Source of the DNA: an uncultured Planctomycetia bacterium | GTDB taxonomy: Bacteria > Omnitrophota > Gorgyraeia > 2-02-FULL-51-18 | Reading direction: 5' to 3' | Length of the DNA: 64,000 nucleotides | NCBI GenBank assembly: GCA_964642015.1 | Contig: CAZXLF010000004.1 | Location: 20,738-84,737, forward strand | In this document: positions 18,645 through 29,400 of the stretch, in pieces | Layout: every line of letters starts with the position of its first letter | Numbering within the stretch: the stretch's first letter is position 1 | Position numbers and translations under genes: made by a program | The notes under the pieces: model-generated | What the model saw: only the letters and a program-made list of their open reading frames with translations | Databases searched by the model: none | What the model was told of the DNA's origin: nothing

Positions 18645-19031
18645 TTATTTGAGAACCTTAAACGATTTCTGGCCGAAAACATAATCATTCACATAGATCC
18701 GAAACTCATAATCTCCGGGATGATCAAACTTCACCGACATCAGATTAAAAACAAGCTCACAGTCGCGTGATTTATCCTGCACCCGGAAATCTTTAATCAC
18801 CGCGCGGTTCATTGATTTTTCCTCGGTTAGATCTACAAGCTCCAAAACAAAATCAAAGACCCCCTCGATCTCCCGGAATTGCACATAGACGCTCATGGCC
18901 GGGTGAGTGGTCGGAAAATTGGTGCCCTTGATCCGGTCGAACAATCCAATCAAAGTTCTCTTGTGCGTGCCATCCTCCACGATCGTCTGATCACAGAGGA
19001 GCATCGCTTTCAATATCGGTTTGATCTGCAT
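18645..19031 (-). CDS. hypothetical protein (128 aa)
   Basis: ORF with coding-like composition, directly abutting the downstream moxR and the upstream TPM gene. No family recognized. Confidence 0.45.
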   Translation of the reverse strand: MQIKPILKAMLLCDQTIVEDGTHKRTLIGLFDRIKGTNFPTTHPAMSVYVQFREIEGVFDFVLELVDLTEEKSMNRAVIKDFRVQDKSRDCELVFNLMSVKFDHPGDYEFRIYVNDYVFGQKSFKVLK

Positions 19032-19472
19032 TTAATCCTCCGTGACGTCATTGGAAAGCTGGTTATCATCATTTGTGTTCCTAGGAAAATGATGTTGCAA
19101 TTTCTGAGCCGCGTCCTGAATGCCTGTGATGATACCTTCTTTGAGCTGCCCTTTTGAAAAATAAGAAGCTATTTTATCACGAGTCTGGTTCCAAAATAAA
19201 TCCCCGACATGCCCATGAATACCGCTATCACCCAGGATCGCGAATTTCCTGCTTTCAAGGGCGACAAAGATAAGTACGGCATTTTTATGACGCGTTTTGT
19301 GCATCTTGAGCCGGTGAAAAATCTTTTTGGCTTCATGCATCACGTCTTCCTTGCATTTTTTCTGCAAGTGGACACGAATTTCTCCGCTGGTCATCTTCTC
19401 AGCTTGAACGATCGCCTGTACGATATCCTTTTTGTCCTGCTTCGTTAAATGTTTGTCGAGAAAACCTACCAT
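19032..19472 (-). CDS. TPM-domain protein (short, cytoplasmic-type partner of a YgcG-like protein)
   Basis: 146 aa. TPM-like core (…SGEIRVHL…AVLIFVALESRKFAILGDSGI…). Part of the LemA-TPM-TPM arrangement. Confidence 0.55.
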   Translation of the reverse strand: MVGFLDKHLTKQDKKDIVQAIVQAEKMTSGEIRVHLQKKCKEDVMHEAKKIFHRLKMHKTRHKNAVLIFVALESRKFAILGDSGIHGHVGDLFWNQTRDKIASYFSKGQLKEGIITGIQDAAQKLQHHFPRNTNDDNQLSNDVTED

Positions 19473-20359
19473 CCGCCGCTTGCTCCTCCGCCGCCAAAAC
19501 TTCCGCCGCCCCCACCTCCAAATCCACCGCTAAAACCTCCACCACCAAAACCCCCCGAAGAGAATCCGCCTCCCCAATAGCCTCTGCCTCGGCTCGATAA
19601 AGTCGCGGCAGGTCCCATAACATTCATGATCTGTCTTAATAAGATGAGAAAAATGACGGCAATGACGCCGATGCCGATGCCCGCGGGTACACCAAAAACA
19701 GCAAGACAAAAAAAGAAAACCGCGATGTAACATAATATCGGCAACACAATGAACAAGATCAAAAATACGTAAAAGAATTTGCTGAATTTTGCTATTGGAT
19801 CGACAGTATTGTGACTCTCAGCTTTATACTCTCCCTGCGTTGCCTGAATGATCGCTTGCACGGCGCTGATCACTCCTTGATCATAATTACCCTGCCGAAA
19901 TGCTGGCGCGATCTCATTTCGAATGATCTGATCGGCAAGAATGTCAGGCAAAGCGCCTTCCAAACCGTAACCGACCTCTATCCTGACCTTCCGGTCATTT
20001 TTAAATATCAGTAAAATGACGCCGTTGTTGTTTTTCTTTGAACCGATCTTCCATTTTTCGGCCAGACGTATCGAGAAATCCTCGAGTGATCCGCCATCAA
20101 GGCTTGGGAAAATAGCGACAACCACTTGGTTAGAGGTATTTTTCTCAAAATCCGCCAAAATGCTTTCGATCTGATCGCGAGCGGGCCCAGAAAGAAGGTC
20201 CGCGTAATCATTCACGTAGGACTGAGGTTTTTCAGGGATTTGAAGACAAAAAGCCGAGCTTATGAATAGAAGATTAAGAAAAAATAAAACCGTCGAGAAC
20301 TTTAAATAATCGAAAGAGATCCCGCGACGACGTTTTGCGCTGAACAAAACGGATTTCAT
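19466..20359 (-). CDS. TPM-domain protein (YgcG-like): signal peptide, TPM domain, TM helix and a Gly-rich C-terminal tail
   Basis: 297 aa. TPM hallmark NGVILLIFKNDRKVRIEVGYGLEG. C-terminal GGGFSSGGFGGGGFSGGFGGGGGGSFGGGG. Confidence 0.7.
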   Translation of the reverse strand: MKSVLFSAKRRRGISFDYLKFSTVLFFLNLLFISSAFCLQIPEKPQSYVNDYADLLSGPARDQIESILADFEKNTSNQVVVAIFPSLDGGSLEDFSIRLAEKWKIGSKKNNNGVILLIFKNDRKVRIEVGYGLEGALPDILADQIIRNEIAPAFRQGNYDQGVISAVQAIIQATQGEYKAESHNTVDPIAKFSKFFYVFLILFIVLPILCYIAVFFFCLAVFGVPAGIGIGVIAVIFLILLRQIMNVMGPAATLSSRGRGYWGGGFSSGGFGGGGFSGGFGGGGGGSFGGGGASGGW

Positions 20360-20364
20360 TTAGA

Positions 20365-20955
20365 TCAAAACGTCACTTTGGGAGCTTTATTTGCTTCGGC
20401 TTCAGCTTTAAAATATTCCTTCGTCTTGAATCCGAACATTCCGCCGACCATATTCGTCGGAAATTGGCGAAACATCGTGTTGAATGCCTGCGCCGCTTCG
20501 TTGAAACGCCCTCTTTCGACGGAAATACGATTTTCAGTCCCTTCAAGCTGTGCCTGAAGCGACAGGAAATTTTGATTCGCCTTGAGATCAGGATATTTCT
20601 CGACGACCACCATCAACCGGCTAAGGGCGGAACTCAAAGCGCCCTGCGATTCCTGAAATTGCGCAAATTTCTGCGGATCATTGATCAGTCCCGGGCTGAT
20701 GGATCCGGCGGCTTTTGAGCGGGCCTCCGTCACTTCTACAAAAGTAGACTTTTCATGAGCGGCATAGCCTTTGACCGTTTCCACAAGATTGGGTATCAGA
20801 TCCAATCTCCTTTGATAGACATTCTCGACCTGTGCCCACGCTTGGTTCACCTGCTCGTCAGCTTTGACAAGACCATTGTAAGTCCCGCCGAACATCGCGA
20901 AACCCAGGACAACGACACCCAGAATCACTAAAAGTACGATCAAACCTTTTTTCAC
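20365..20955 (-). CDS. lemA: LemA family protein
   Basis: 196 aa. N-terminal TM plus the conserved LemA sequence (NGLVKADEQVNQAWAQVENVYQRRLDLIPNLVETVKGYAAHEK). Confidence 0.8.
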   Translation of the reverse strand: MKKGLIVLLVILGVVVLGFAMFGGTYNGLVKADEQVNQAWAQVENVYQRRLDLIPNLVETVKGYAAHEKSTFVEVTEARSKAAGSISPGLINDPQKFAQFQESQGALSSALSRLMVVVEKYPDLKANQNFLSLQAQLEGTENRISVERGRFNEAAQAFNTMFRQFPTNMVGGMFGFKTKEYFKAEAEANKAPKVTF

Positions 20956-20982
20956 GACCGATGCCCTCCGTATTTAAAAATC

Positions 20983-21216
20983 TTACATTTCTTTTATGGC
21001 TTCTTGGATAAAAGGCAGAATAGCTTCGGCCTCATCCTTGGTCAATCTGCCAAGCTTTGAAAACCTCGGTTCGCCTTCCGGCCCGACATTTTCTCTGGAG
21101 ATCTGAAGTTTTTTCTGTCCGTTATTATATGAGTAAACGCTCACCGAAATCTTCGTGCCCTCGCCTTCCCAAGATTTCGTGAACAACTGCTTATCCAAAC
21201 TGCTATCGTATGGCAT
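20983..21216 (-). CDS. small PC4/YdbC-like putative ssDNA-binding protein
   Basis: 77 aa. The pattern SWEGEGTKISVSVYSYNNGQKKLQISRE…RFSKLGRLTKDEA resembles bacterial PC4-like proteins. Weak call. Confidence 0.35.
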   Translation of the reverse strand: MPYDSSLDKQLFTKSWEGEGTKISVSVYSYNNGQKKLQISRENVGPEGEPRFSKLGRLTKDEAEAILPFIQEAIKEM

Positions 21217-21225
21217 GCGCCTCTC

Positions 21226-21696
21226 CTATCGTTTTTTCAAGAACATCCGAGCGGCTTCGCGTCTTTTCCGCCCATCTTCATAACGCCGCTTCTCCTCATC
21301 GGTCTGCGGAATAAGCCGTGGAACTTCTTTGGGCTTACCCCTGTCATCCAGACAGACCATCGTAAAATAACAAGAATTGGTATGCACTTTTTGTCCTGTC
21401 CTTAGATCTTCGGCCAACATCTTGATGCCGACCTCCATCGAGCTGCGACCGACAAAATTGACCGACGCCATGAACGTCACAAGCTCCCCGATCCTTATCG
21501 GCTCATGAAAATCCACGCGGTCTACCGAAACGGTGACGCAATTGGGCCCGGCGTGACGCGCAGCACAAACATAGGCGACACTGTCAGCGATCGACAAGAT
21601 CGTGCCTCCATAAACAACACCCGCAAAATTCGCGTGCTGAGGCATCATAAGCTGACTGATTTCGGTCTTGGAATCACTGACTTTCTTTTCGGCCAT
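21226..21696 (-). CDS. acyl-CoA thioesterase (hotdog fold, YciA-like)
   Basis: 156 aa. MPQHANFAGVVYGGTILSIAD…VTVSVDRVDFHEPIRIGELV is typical of YciA/4HBT thioesterases. Confidence 0.75.
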   Translation of the reverse strand: MAEKKVSDSKTEISQLMMPQHANFAGVVYGGTILSIADSVAYVCAARHAGPNCVTVSVDRVDFHEPIRIGELVTFMASVNFVGRSSMEVGIKMLAEDLRTGQKVHTNSCYFTMVCLDDRGKPKEVPRLIPQTDEEKRRYEDGRKRREAARMFLKKR

Positions 21697-21740
21697 TTTC
21701 TAAATCCTTAAAGTAGAGCTTATTATAATACACTAACTGC

Positions 21741-22682
21741 TTAAAATTTACTGATAAAAGAAATGATCCTTCCGGCTTCTTCTTTTTCCTTACGGAACGA
21801 ATAAAAATCATGGTTCTCGGATACAGTGCAAATGTGCAGATTCAAGATACGGTCCTTTGAAGCGCCGGCTTCAATAAGCTGTTTTTTATTTTCTCCGGCA
21901 AGATCGAAATAGAGTTTGCCGTTCTTACGCCGCAATGAAGAGCGACGCCCAGATCCTGATAAGCCGAAATAATTCACGAATTCCTCACCTACTTCATAGT
22001 GATCGGTGCCTATGCGCGGGCCGAAGATCGCGCGTACATCTGACGCGCTGCAGCCTGATCGTTGCCGGATAAGATCAAAGGCTTTCTTAACGATCATTTT
22101 TTGAGTGCCTCTCCAACCCGCATGCACGATACCTATCCATTGATTGTCGCCTCTTCCCCCTGACAAAAATATAGAAAGACAATCCGCTGTAAAAACAAGC
22201 AGGGTAACATTTTGTAGGTTCGTAACCACGCCATCCGCGTTTGGAATATGGACGAAATTCCCTCCGCTAAATTGGTTTTCGTCTAAAACAGCTACATAAT
22301 CTCCGTGAATCTGATTTAAAAAAACGAACTTATCTGAAAAGATCTTAAAACGTTCGTTCACAGAGGACTCATGAACAAGCTTTACGAATTGATCTTGAGC
22401 GGAATTACCCAAAAGCTCGTCTGTCTTATGCAATACCATTGGGAAGTGTCTTGTGGTGAATCCGATGTGTATACCAGACCTTTTCCAGTCATCAAGATAA
22501 ACAATATCTTTTTTTGAGAACTTCCTCAAAAGTTTTAATTTTAAACGTGCTGAAAATTCAGGAGCGATAAATGAAAGTCCCAGTAAGACGAATGGCCATC
22601 CGGGCATCACCGGCAGGATCCATCCGATAATACCGATAATTATAAGAACGACGCCCGAAAAAGTTAGAACGATCTTTTTCAC
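21741..22682 (-). CDS. fusion protein: N-terminal DUF454/YbaN-like membrane domain plus a PgeF/YfiH (DUF152, 'laccase-domain') purine nucleoside phosphorylase-like enzyme
   Basis: 313 aa. N-terminus IGIIGWILPVMPGWPFVLLGLSF is DUF454-like. C-terminal half carries the YfiH motifs (NQIHGDYVAV, FTADCLSIFL, HAGWRGT). Confidence 0.7.
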   Translation of the reverse strand: MKKIVLTFSGVVLIIIGIIGWILPVMPGWPFVLLGLSFIAPEFSARLKLKLLRKFSKKDIVYLDDWKRSGIHIGFTTRHFPMVLHKTDELLGNSAQDQFVKLVHESSVNERFKIFSDKFVFLNQIHGDYVAVLDENQFSGGNFVHIPNADGVVTNLQNVTLLVFTADCLSIFLSGGRGDNQWIGIVHAGWRGTQKMIVKKAFDLIRQRSGCSASDVRAIFGPRIGTDHYEVGEEFVNYFGLSGSGRRSSLRRKNGKLYFDLAGENKKQLIEAGASKDRILNLHICTVSENHDFYSFRKEKEEAGRIISFISKF

Positions 22683-22685
22683 TTT

Positions 22686-23321
22686 TTATTTATTTTCAAC
22701 GGATGAAAACGGCAGATCAAGCACGGGATGGGACTTGGCATCTTTGTAGTCAAAATGCCACCATTCGGTCGTAAGTCCATGAAAACCTTCCTTTACCATT
22801 TCATCTTCGAGCGTTTGCCTGTTCTTTTTCTCTTCTTCGGTGCCTCCGGCATAGTCGCGGTGAGCACGCTCGGAAAATTCATCATAAGCCGACGGCATAG
22901 GCAGTTCTTTGCCGGCAGAATCAACAAGCGTCAGATCCACAGCTGCGCCGCGATTGTGATTCGAGCCTTTAGCGGGATTGGCCACATAACCCTCCACAGG
23001 AAACTTTGCCCACATTTTCTTTTGGGCCGACAATGGCCGATAACCATCAAATATCTTCAAACCCAATCCTTTCTTCTCCAGCCTCTCTTGGATTTTGGAA
23101 AGTTTTTCCGCAACTTCCTTCAGCAAAAGGCACCGCGCTTCGGGATACAACGTTTCATGCGTAAAATTATTTGATGTTGCGTAGCGTATATCGATACGGA
23201 TACGCGGATTGACCTTCTGTATATCGACCAACGGATTATCTCCGGAAATACAAAACCCTTGCGGGACTAGAACAAATATCGCCGCAAGGGTGATGAGTTT
23301 AAAATATTTTCGCAATACCAC
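22686..23321 (-). CDS. D-alanyl-D-alanine dipeptidase (VanX/DdpX-like, peptidase M15D) with signal peptide
   Basis: 211 aa. Contains the zinc-ligand motifs SNHNRGAAVDLTL and EWWHFDY. Confidence 0.8.
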   Translation of the reverse strand: MVLRKYFKLITLAAIFVLVPQGFCISGDNPLVDIQKVNPRIRIDIRYATSNNFTHETLYPEARCLLLKEVAEKLSKIQERLEKKGLGLKIFDGYRPLSAQKKMWAKFPVEGYVANPAKGSNHNRGAAVDLTLVDSAGKELPMPSAYDEFSERAHRDYAGGTEEEKKNRQTLEDEMVKEGFHGLTTEWWHFDYKDAKSHPVLDLPFSSVENK

Positions 23322-23330
23322 AAATCACTA

Positions 23331-23660
23331 TTATTTGATCGTACCTGCCTTCCGCGCATCGTAGCGTTCCTGCTGTTCTTTAAAGAAAGGTACCGGATTT
23401 AAATTCTTGAAAAAATTGCCCATGCGGGAACTCGTTCCACCGAGACCCGAGCGCTCCCCTTCCTTTTCCCAAAAACCCGGGACATTGCTTTTCGGAGATG
23501 GATTCTTCTTTTCGATAGCCCGCTCTTGACGTTGTTTGTCTTTGATCTCTTTCATTTCTTTAAAATGAGCTTCTCTGGCTTCTTCCGGGGTTAAAGCAAA
23601 CGACGTTCCATAAAACACAAAACACATTAAAAATAAGATCCCAGCTACTATTTTCTTCAT
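23331..23660 (-). CDS. secreted hypothetical protein (signal peptide, charged)
   Basis: 109 aa. Signal peptide MKKIVAGILFLMCFVFYGTSFA. Confidence 0.5.
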   Translation of the reverse strand: MKKIVAGILFLMCFVFYGTSFALTPEEAREAHFKEMKEIKDKQRQERAIEKKNPSPKSNVPGFWEKEGERSGLGGTSSRMGNFFKNLNPVPFFKEQQERYDARKAGTIK

Positions 23661-23707
23661 ATTGCATCCTTTCGGTTAATTATGATGACTTTAATAGATA
23701 AGCTACT

Positions 23708-24022
23708 TTATTTGAAAAAATCCCGGGCATTCTGCTTGCCGGTAATCTCCTTATAATCTTCGTAATCAATGAACGTCAGGTCCGGCCTCCTGTCTTTGAT
23801 CCTTTTTACTGTCGCTCCACGGCCTTTATCGAGCTTGCCAGTACTCCTTGAGGCAATAAAACGAAAATCAGTACCGCATTTAGGACAGTTACGCACTTGA
23901 GTGTAATCAATGCCAAGCTCGCGGCAATTCGCACAATCCGCCGTCACATCCCCCACGATCATCAAGTGCTTGGTGATACCCTCGACATCGCAGTTTTGCC
24001 AAACACGGATGTAGAATGACAT
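23708..24022 (-). CDS. hypothetical protein with a Cys4 zinc-ribbon (CANCRELGIDYTQVRNCPKCG)
   Basis: 104 aa ORF. Its stop overlaps the start of the downstream exonuclease gene. Confidence 0.5.
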   Translation of the reverse strand: MSFYIRVWQNCDVEGITKHLMIVGDVTADCANCRELGIDYTQVRNCPKCGTDFRFIASRSTGKLDKGRGATVKRIKDRRPDLTFIDYEDYKEITGKQNARDFFK

Positions 24023-24633
24023 CAGAATAGGCTCGTCGGAAAAGAGCTCTCTTCTTTTTTCTGTTGTTTTAATTCTTTGACCGCATTACCCCAATTCACA
24101 GACACATCGTGGGTCTGATAATCGCGGTTTGAAATAAAGCGGATATTACCGTGTTTCAGACCATATTCATAAATATCTTTCGTGATCCGGACATCATCCA
24201 TGCAATACTTTTTCAATTCCTCTATCTTACCGTCTTTGTAAAGTTGGATCGCATCCCAGCCAGTGCCCGATTTTGATGTCTGAAGCGTCGCTTGGGCCAA
24301 ACTTTGAAGACTGATCCGGTGGCCGCGTACTTTTTCAAACTCAACTAATAAGTCAAGAACGGGGAAATTTTTTATCGGCGTCATGAAATAAGGTGCCAGC
24401 ACTTCCATGTCAAAATCACGAATATTGAAACCCACGATCAGATCCGCCTGTTTCATGATCTCTTCGAGCTTCAGGATCTCTTTTTCTTCAAATGCTGTAT
24501 AAGAATCCGTTTTAGAATCATAGATGCAAGCAACTGAAACTTTCAAAAGATGAAGCTTTTTGCGGTCTATCTCGTTAAAACCTTTTTGAGTTTCGATATC
24601 AAGAACAATATATCGGTCTTTGTGTTCAACCAT
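24022..24633 (-). CDS. 3'-5' exonuclease, DEDD (DnaQ-like) superfamily
   Basis: 203 aa. Exo I motif LDIETQ near the N-terminus and an RNase-H-like fold pattern. There is an 8-nt overlap with ilvD. Confidence 0.55.
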   Translation of the reverse strand: MVEHKDRYIVLDIETQKGFNEIDRKKLHLLKVSVACIYDSKTDSYTAFEEKEILKLEEIMKQADLIVGFNIRDFDMEVLAPYFMTPIKNFPVLDLLVEFEKVRGHRISLQSLAQATLQTSKSGTGWDAIQLYKDGKIEELKKYCMDDVRITKDIYEYGLKHGNIRFISNRDYQTHDVSVNWGNAVKELKQQKKEESSFPTSLF

Positions 24634-26326
24634 GATTCACCAATTCCACTGAAGTGACTGCGCCATGAGCCGCTGAAGCCACGAGTTTTGAATATTTGGC
24701 CAGAATTCCGGTATCGATCTTGGGTTTATAGGCTTTTAGTTTTTTGAGACGCGATTTGATCTCTTTTGCGCTAAGCTCAACGTTCAAATGTTTTTTGTCA
24801 GCATCGATGGAAATAATATCGCCATTTCTAAGCGCGGCGAGCGGACCGCGCGCAGCCGCCTCAGGTGCCACGTGACCAACCATAAAACCATGAGAACCGC
24901 CAGAAAATCTTCCGTCAGTAATCAGCGCCACCGAATCGCCCAATCCCTCGCCGATCAAAGCCGCCGTCACCGAAAGCATCTCGCGCATACCGGGACCGCC
25001 TTTTGGTCCCTCATAACGGATGATGATCACATCGTTCTTCCTGATCTTTTTGCTGATGATGGCGTGGAATGCCTCTTCTTCGGAATTGAACACCTTTGCC
25101 GGACCGCGATGATAAAAAACTTTGAGTCCGCTTATTTTTGCCACAGCACCCTCGGGCGCAAGATTGCCTTTCAATATTACCATTGGCGCGCTTGGATAAA
25201 GTGGCCTCGAGATCGGACGGATAATATCTTCGTTCGAGCAAGGTGCTACATTTTTAAGATTTTCGCCGACTGTTTTTCCTGTAACCGTCAAGGACTCAGG
25301 ATGGATCAAGCCGGCATTCAGCAAGATTTTCATCACACTAGGAATTCCGCCGGCTTTATTCAAATCCGACATCACATATTTGCCGCTTGGCTTTAGATTT
25401 GCCAAGTGCGGCACTCTTTTCCCTATCCGGTTAAAATCATCGATCGTGAGATTCACACGGGCTTCTTTGGCGATCGCAATAAGATGAAGCACCGCATTCG
25501 TTGATCCGCCGAGCGCCATCACAAGCGTAATCGCATTTTCAAAAGCTTTTTTGGTCAAAATATCACGCGGGCGGATATTTTTTTCAATAAGATGAACGAC
25601 TGTTTCCCCGGCTTTTCTCGTATCGTCTTTTTTCTCGATACTCTCAGCGTCTCTTGAAGAGCTATAAGGCAAGCTCATCCCAAGCGCTTCTATCGCCGAA
25701 GCCATTGTATTCGCGGTATACATTCCTCCGCAGGAACCGGCACCCGGACAAGCGTTGCATTCAATGCCTTTGAATTGCTCGGCGTTTATCTTATTGGCAT
25801 CGTACTGGCCCACCGCTTCAAAGATACTGACAATATCGATATCTTTTCCCTCAAAGTTTCCGGGCTTGATCGTACCGCCGTACACAAAAACGGCTGGGAT
25901 ATTCATTCTCGCCATGGCCATCAGACATCCGGGCATATTTTTGTCGCAGCCGCCGATGCCGACCACTCCGTCAAAACGCTGTCCATTGCAAACTGTTTCA
26001 ATCGAATCAGCAATAACTTCACGGCTAACCAAAGAATATTTCATCCCTTCGGTGCCCATGGAAATCCCGTCCGCCACTGTGATCGTGCCAAAAGTCAAAG
26101 GAACGCCGTTTGAAGCTCTGACGCCTTTATCGGCTTGACGAGCAAGCTCATCGATATGCATATTGCAAGGCGTAAGATTGCTCCAAGTGCTTGCAATGCC
26201 AATGATAGGCTTCTCAAAATCTTCGTCCTTGAAACCCACGGCACGCAACATAGCCCTATTTGGAGCGCGTCTGTCGCCTTCTGTAATAATGGAGCTGCGT
26301 TTATTTAATTTGCCATTATCTAACAT
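24626..26326 (-). CDS. ilvD: dihydroxy-acid dehydratase
   Basis: 566 aa. IlvD/EDD family throughout (Fe-S ligands in the CNMHIDE…CDKNMPGC region, SGGSHG…). Confidence 0.92.
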   Translation of the reverse strand: MLDNGKLNKRSSIITEGDRRAPNRAMLRAVGFKDEDFEKPIIGIASTWSNLTPCNMHIDELARQADKGVRASNGVPLTFGTITVADGISMGTEGMKYSLVSREVIADSIETVCNGQRFDGVVGIGGCDKNMPGCLMAMARMNIPAVFVYGGTIKPGNFEGKDIDIVSIFEAVGQYDANKINAEQFKGIECNACPGAGSCGGMYTANTMASAIEALGMSLPYSSSRDAESIEKKDDTRKAGETVVHLIEKNIRPRDILTKKAFENAITLVMALGGSTNAVLHLIAIAKEARVNLTIDDFNRIGKRVPHLANLKPSGKYVMSDLNKAGGIPSVMKILLNAGLIHPESLTVTGKTVGENLKNVAPCSNEDIIRPISRPLYPSAPMVILKGNLAPEGAVAKISGLKVFYHRGPAKVFNSEEEAFHAIISKKIRKNDVIIIRYEGPKGGPGMREMLSVTAALIGEGLGDSVALITDGRFSGGSHGFMVGHVAPEAAARGPLAALRNGDIISIDADKKHLNVELSAKEIKSRLKKLKAYKPKIDTGILAKYSKLVASAAHGAVTSVELVNHG

Positions 26327-26412
26327 GATAACCCTATTTTATATAAGAGTTTATAAACTTGAAATTATAGCACGGCTTGATGGTAAATAGAAAGAAAAGC
26401 GTTTGGGAAAAA

Positions 26413-29400
26413 TTAAGCGGCTTGTTCGATCATTTTCTTCATAAGCCGGAAGAATTTGACCGTCTGATCGATGGGGGCTTTTGTGATGGCTTTTAAAGCA
26501 AAATGTAAAACTGTCTCTATAGTTGCTTTTCCTTCCAATATCTGTTTCAACGTTTGCGTATCGGGCCTTTCGCCAGCCAACGTGGCATAAGCGTCATGGA
26601 ACCCTTCAGGAATATTCGCGAGGTCTATTCTTCCAGAATAGATCGAGACTTTCAGCAAGGCCCTGAAAGCAGGCACTTCGCCTTCTGCCAATAAATTCAC
26701 CGGCATATTGACGAAACCCTGCGTCAAACCTTTCTGAGCTACATCGATCTTGACATACGCCGCGTCTTTTAAGTTTTCCGGTATTTCAGTTATGAAAAGC
26801 TCCTTGGCTCCGGGGTAATTTAACGCCTGTTGGACCAAATGATCCTTACCACTCACCTTGAAGAAAACATTCTTGCCGTAATTTGATGTTTGAGCTTTCT
26901 TGATCTCGACGATCAGATTATCCAGATAAAACTGGAATGAAGGATTGTCCATCAGATCAAGATCGATTTCAGCGATTACGGCTTTATCGATCGAATTGGC
27001 CACGCCTTCCAGATCGGCATCCACTTTATTGTTCACAGCATCGACCATCGAACGAAGATCCTGAATGGTCAGTGCGGAATTAAATTTATCTGACTGTGGA
27101 ATTTGCGTATTTACCGCTTTCTTTGAAAGTTCAAGTTCGATCGGACTGATTCCTTTCGCTTCGGCGATCAATTTTGCACCGCTCCGTGACAACGTAAATA
27201 TATATGGCTCGTTTGTTTCCTCATTGAGCTGGAGAGATAATTTCCTACCGTCCACTTGCGGGAATGCGAATGCCACGCCCGAGAAAAATCCTTCAAGCTG
27301 AGAATGAATGTCCTGCTTCAAACCTGGTTTGAAATCCACGGTCGGCGTGCTGGCCAAGGGGATCGCATGAACAGTTGCCGGTTTTTGTTCCGCGAGCCTG
27401 GCCCCGCTGGTCGCATCTATATAATCCCTTTCTATCTCATAAAAAGCGGTGGAGTTTCTTTCGACCAAACTCCTGTAATCATCGATGATTTGATGACCAA
27501 AAGCTATTAATTCCCCTGTTTTACGGTAAAGCGATCTTCTGAGATAAAACCGAATAAGCCCGTTCAATCCGCTTAGACTGAAATCCGCCTCTTCTTCAGC
27601 GCGATCTCGCATGATCACAAATGTTCCGCGCAAGATCCTTTCGGCTGCGACAGGTTTTTCCGCCCAAACAGCGACATGCACAAAATCATTACGGCGTACG
27701 ATCAAATGGTGCAGATCTTCGCCAATACGCGGGTAAAGTCGGTCAACTTTAGCCGATCCGTCCAAAGCCTTCTCTGCGCTGACAAGAAGACTTCCCGCCT
27801 CAATAAAAAGATCCGGTGAAGTTGATGCTGATTTGCCTCTCACGATCACCCGCGCGCGATCGGCATATCCCTTAGCCACAAGATTATTTCCCTTGATCAT
27901 AAGAGAGGCTATTTGATCTTTATGAATTTCGCTGACTACATTTCTATCCAAAAATTCCATACCAAAACCTAAAAGCTCCTCAGCGTGCATTAAGTCATGA
28001 GTACCCTCAGATACGGGAATATCGATGCCGACATGCGCAGCCGCGACCGCTTGTGCGGCAAACTTAATGATCACCTGTTCAGATTCAGCTTTGACACCAT
28101 TTAAAGAATGATGCTCCTGTTCTAGCTGTAACAAATGTGAGAAAGTTTCTTCGGCTAAATGTAAACGATCATGAGCAACAAGATCAATGACCAAGTCACG
28201 TTGCCCGATGATCTGACGGCGCAATTCGTCTTCAGAAATTACCGGAGCTGCGGGCAGAGCTGAGACAACTGAGACAGGTTCAAGCGAAACCGTTTTTTCT
28301 ACTCGCGGTTTTTGCACAGCAGCTCTCTGACGAGGCGCGCCCGCTCTCAACTCCGCAAATTCTTGGCGCAATCGCTCGACCGTTGCGCTGACTTGAGCAG
28401 CGCGCTCATTACCTTTGGTGCCTAAAACTTTCCATACCTGATCGGGAGACAATGCCTTATCAGCCATCTCTTGTTTCATGATCCTGCTGATCACAGGATG
28501 ACTAACTTCTACACGGGGTCCGGAAAGAATTTCCCGGATCTTTGGATAAACAGGCGGCTGCTGATTTTTTATTGCTTGGATTTCCTGCTCTATTTTAGAA
28601 AGTGCTTCTTCAATAGCATCCAAACGATTCGCGATGATCTCAGATTGCCGCTCTTTCGAAATGCGGCCTGTTGATCCTTCCGTAATACCGGCTGCTTTGC
28701 GTGCCGTCTGGCCCATGCGCCAAAGTACTGCTTCCGTAAGCGTACCGCCCTGCGCAGCGGAACGGTCCGCGACGTTGATAATCGTCGGTTCGCCGCCTTC
28801 CGCCAAAATTTCTCTCACTAAACGTTCGGTTTCCAAACGATATTCTTCTTTTTTGGATATCGCAAGTCTTGCGCCCTTCACAGGCAATACTTCCTGTATT
28901 TTACTTACCGTCTTATTCGCATCGTTAATGGCTTGTTGATTGATAGATCTCAACACAGAAAAATTACGCAAGAAAACACGGCGTGACTCACGAAGTGCAA
29001 CCGACTCAGGTGATAACTCGAAAGAAGGGCTGAAAACCAGTCCTTCTTCGGAAAGCTGCCAGGAACCGGAAATATCGGAAACCGGGAATAGCACCTGAGA
29101 AACAAGCTCCGAAAGAAATTCAAAAGTCCCAAAATTCAGCTCATAAACATGCAGTAATTGATTGACCAAAATACGGAACGCTTCGGCAGTGATCTTAGAT
29201 GCGGTAAAATGCTCGATGGACCTTTTTTCGTCGTTCGGTAAAATATCAAATGTTCTTTGAAAATATTCATGCGCGATCACAAGCCGAAGAGCGTTGGGCA
29301 AGCTTCTCAGCACGTCCGAAGCGATATTTCTATCTATGACAATATTGGGTTCACGGAATATGCCCGGCAACAGCGCTTCTATCGAAGCAACGTGCGCTTT

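Noticed and set aside
24788-25396. 202-aa plus-strand ORF inside ilvD
   Set aside because: It is antisense to ilvD, whose frame is unambiguous from IlvD family motifs.
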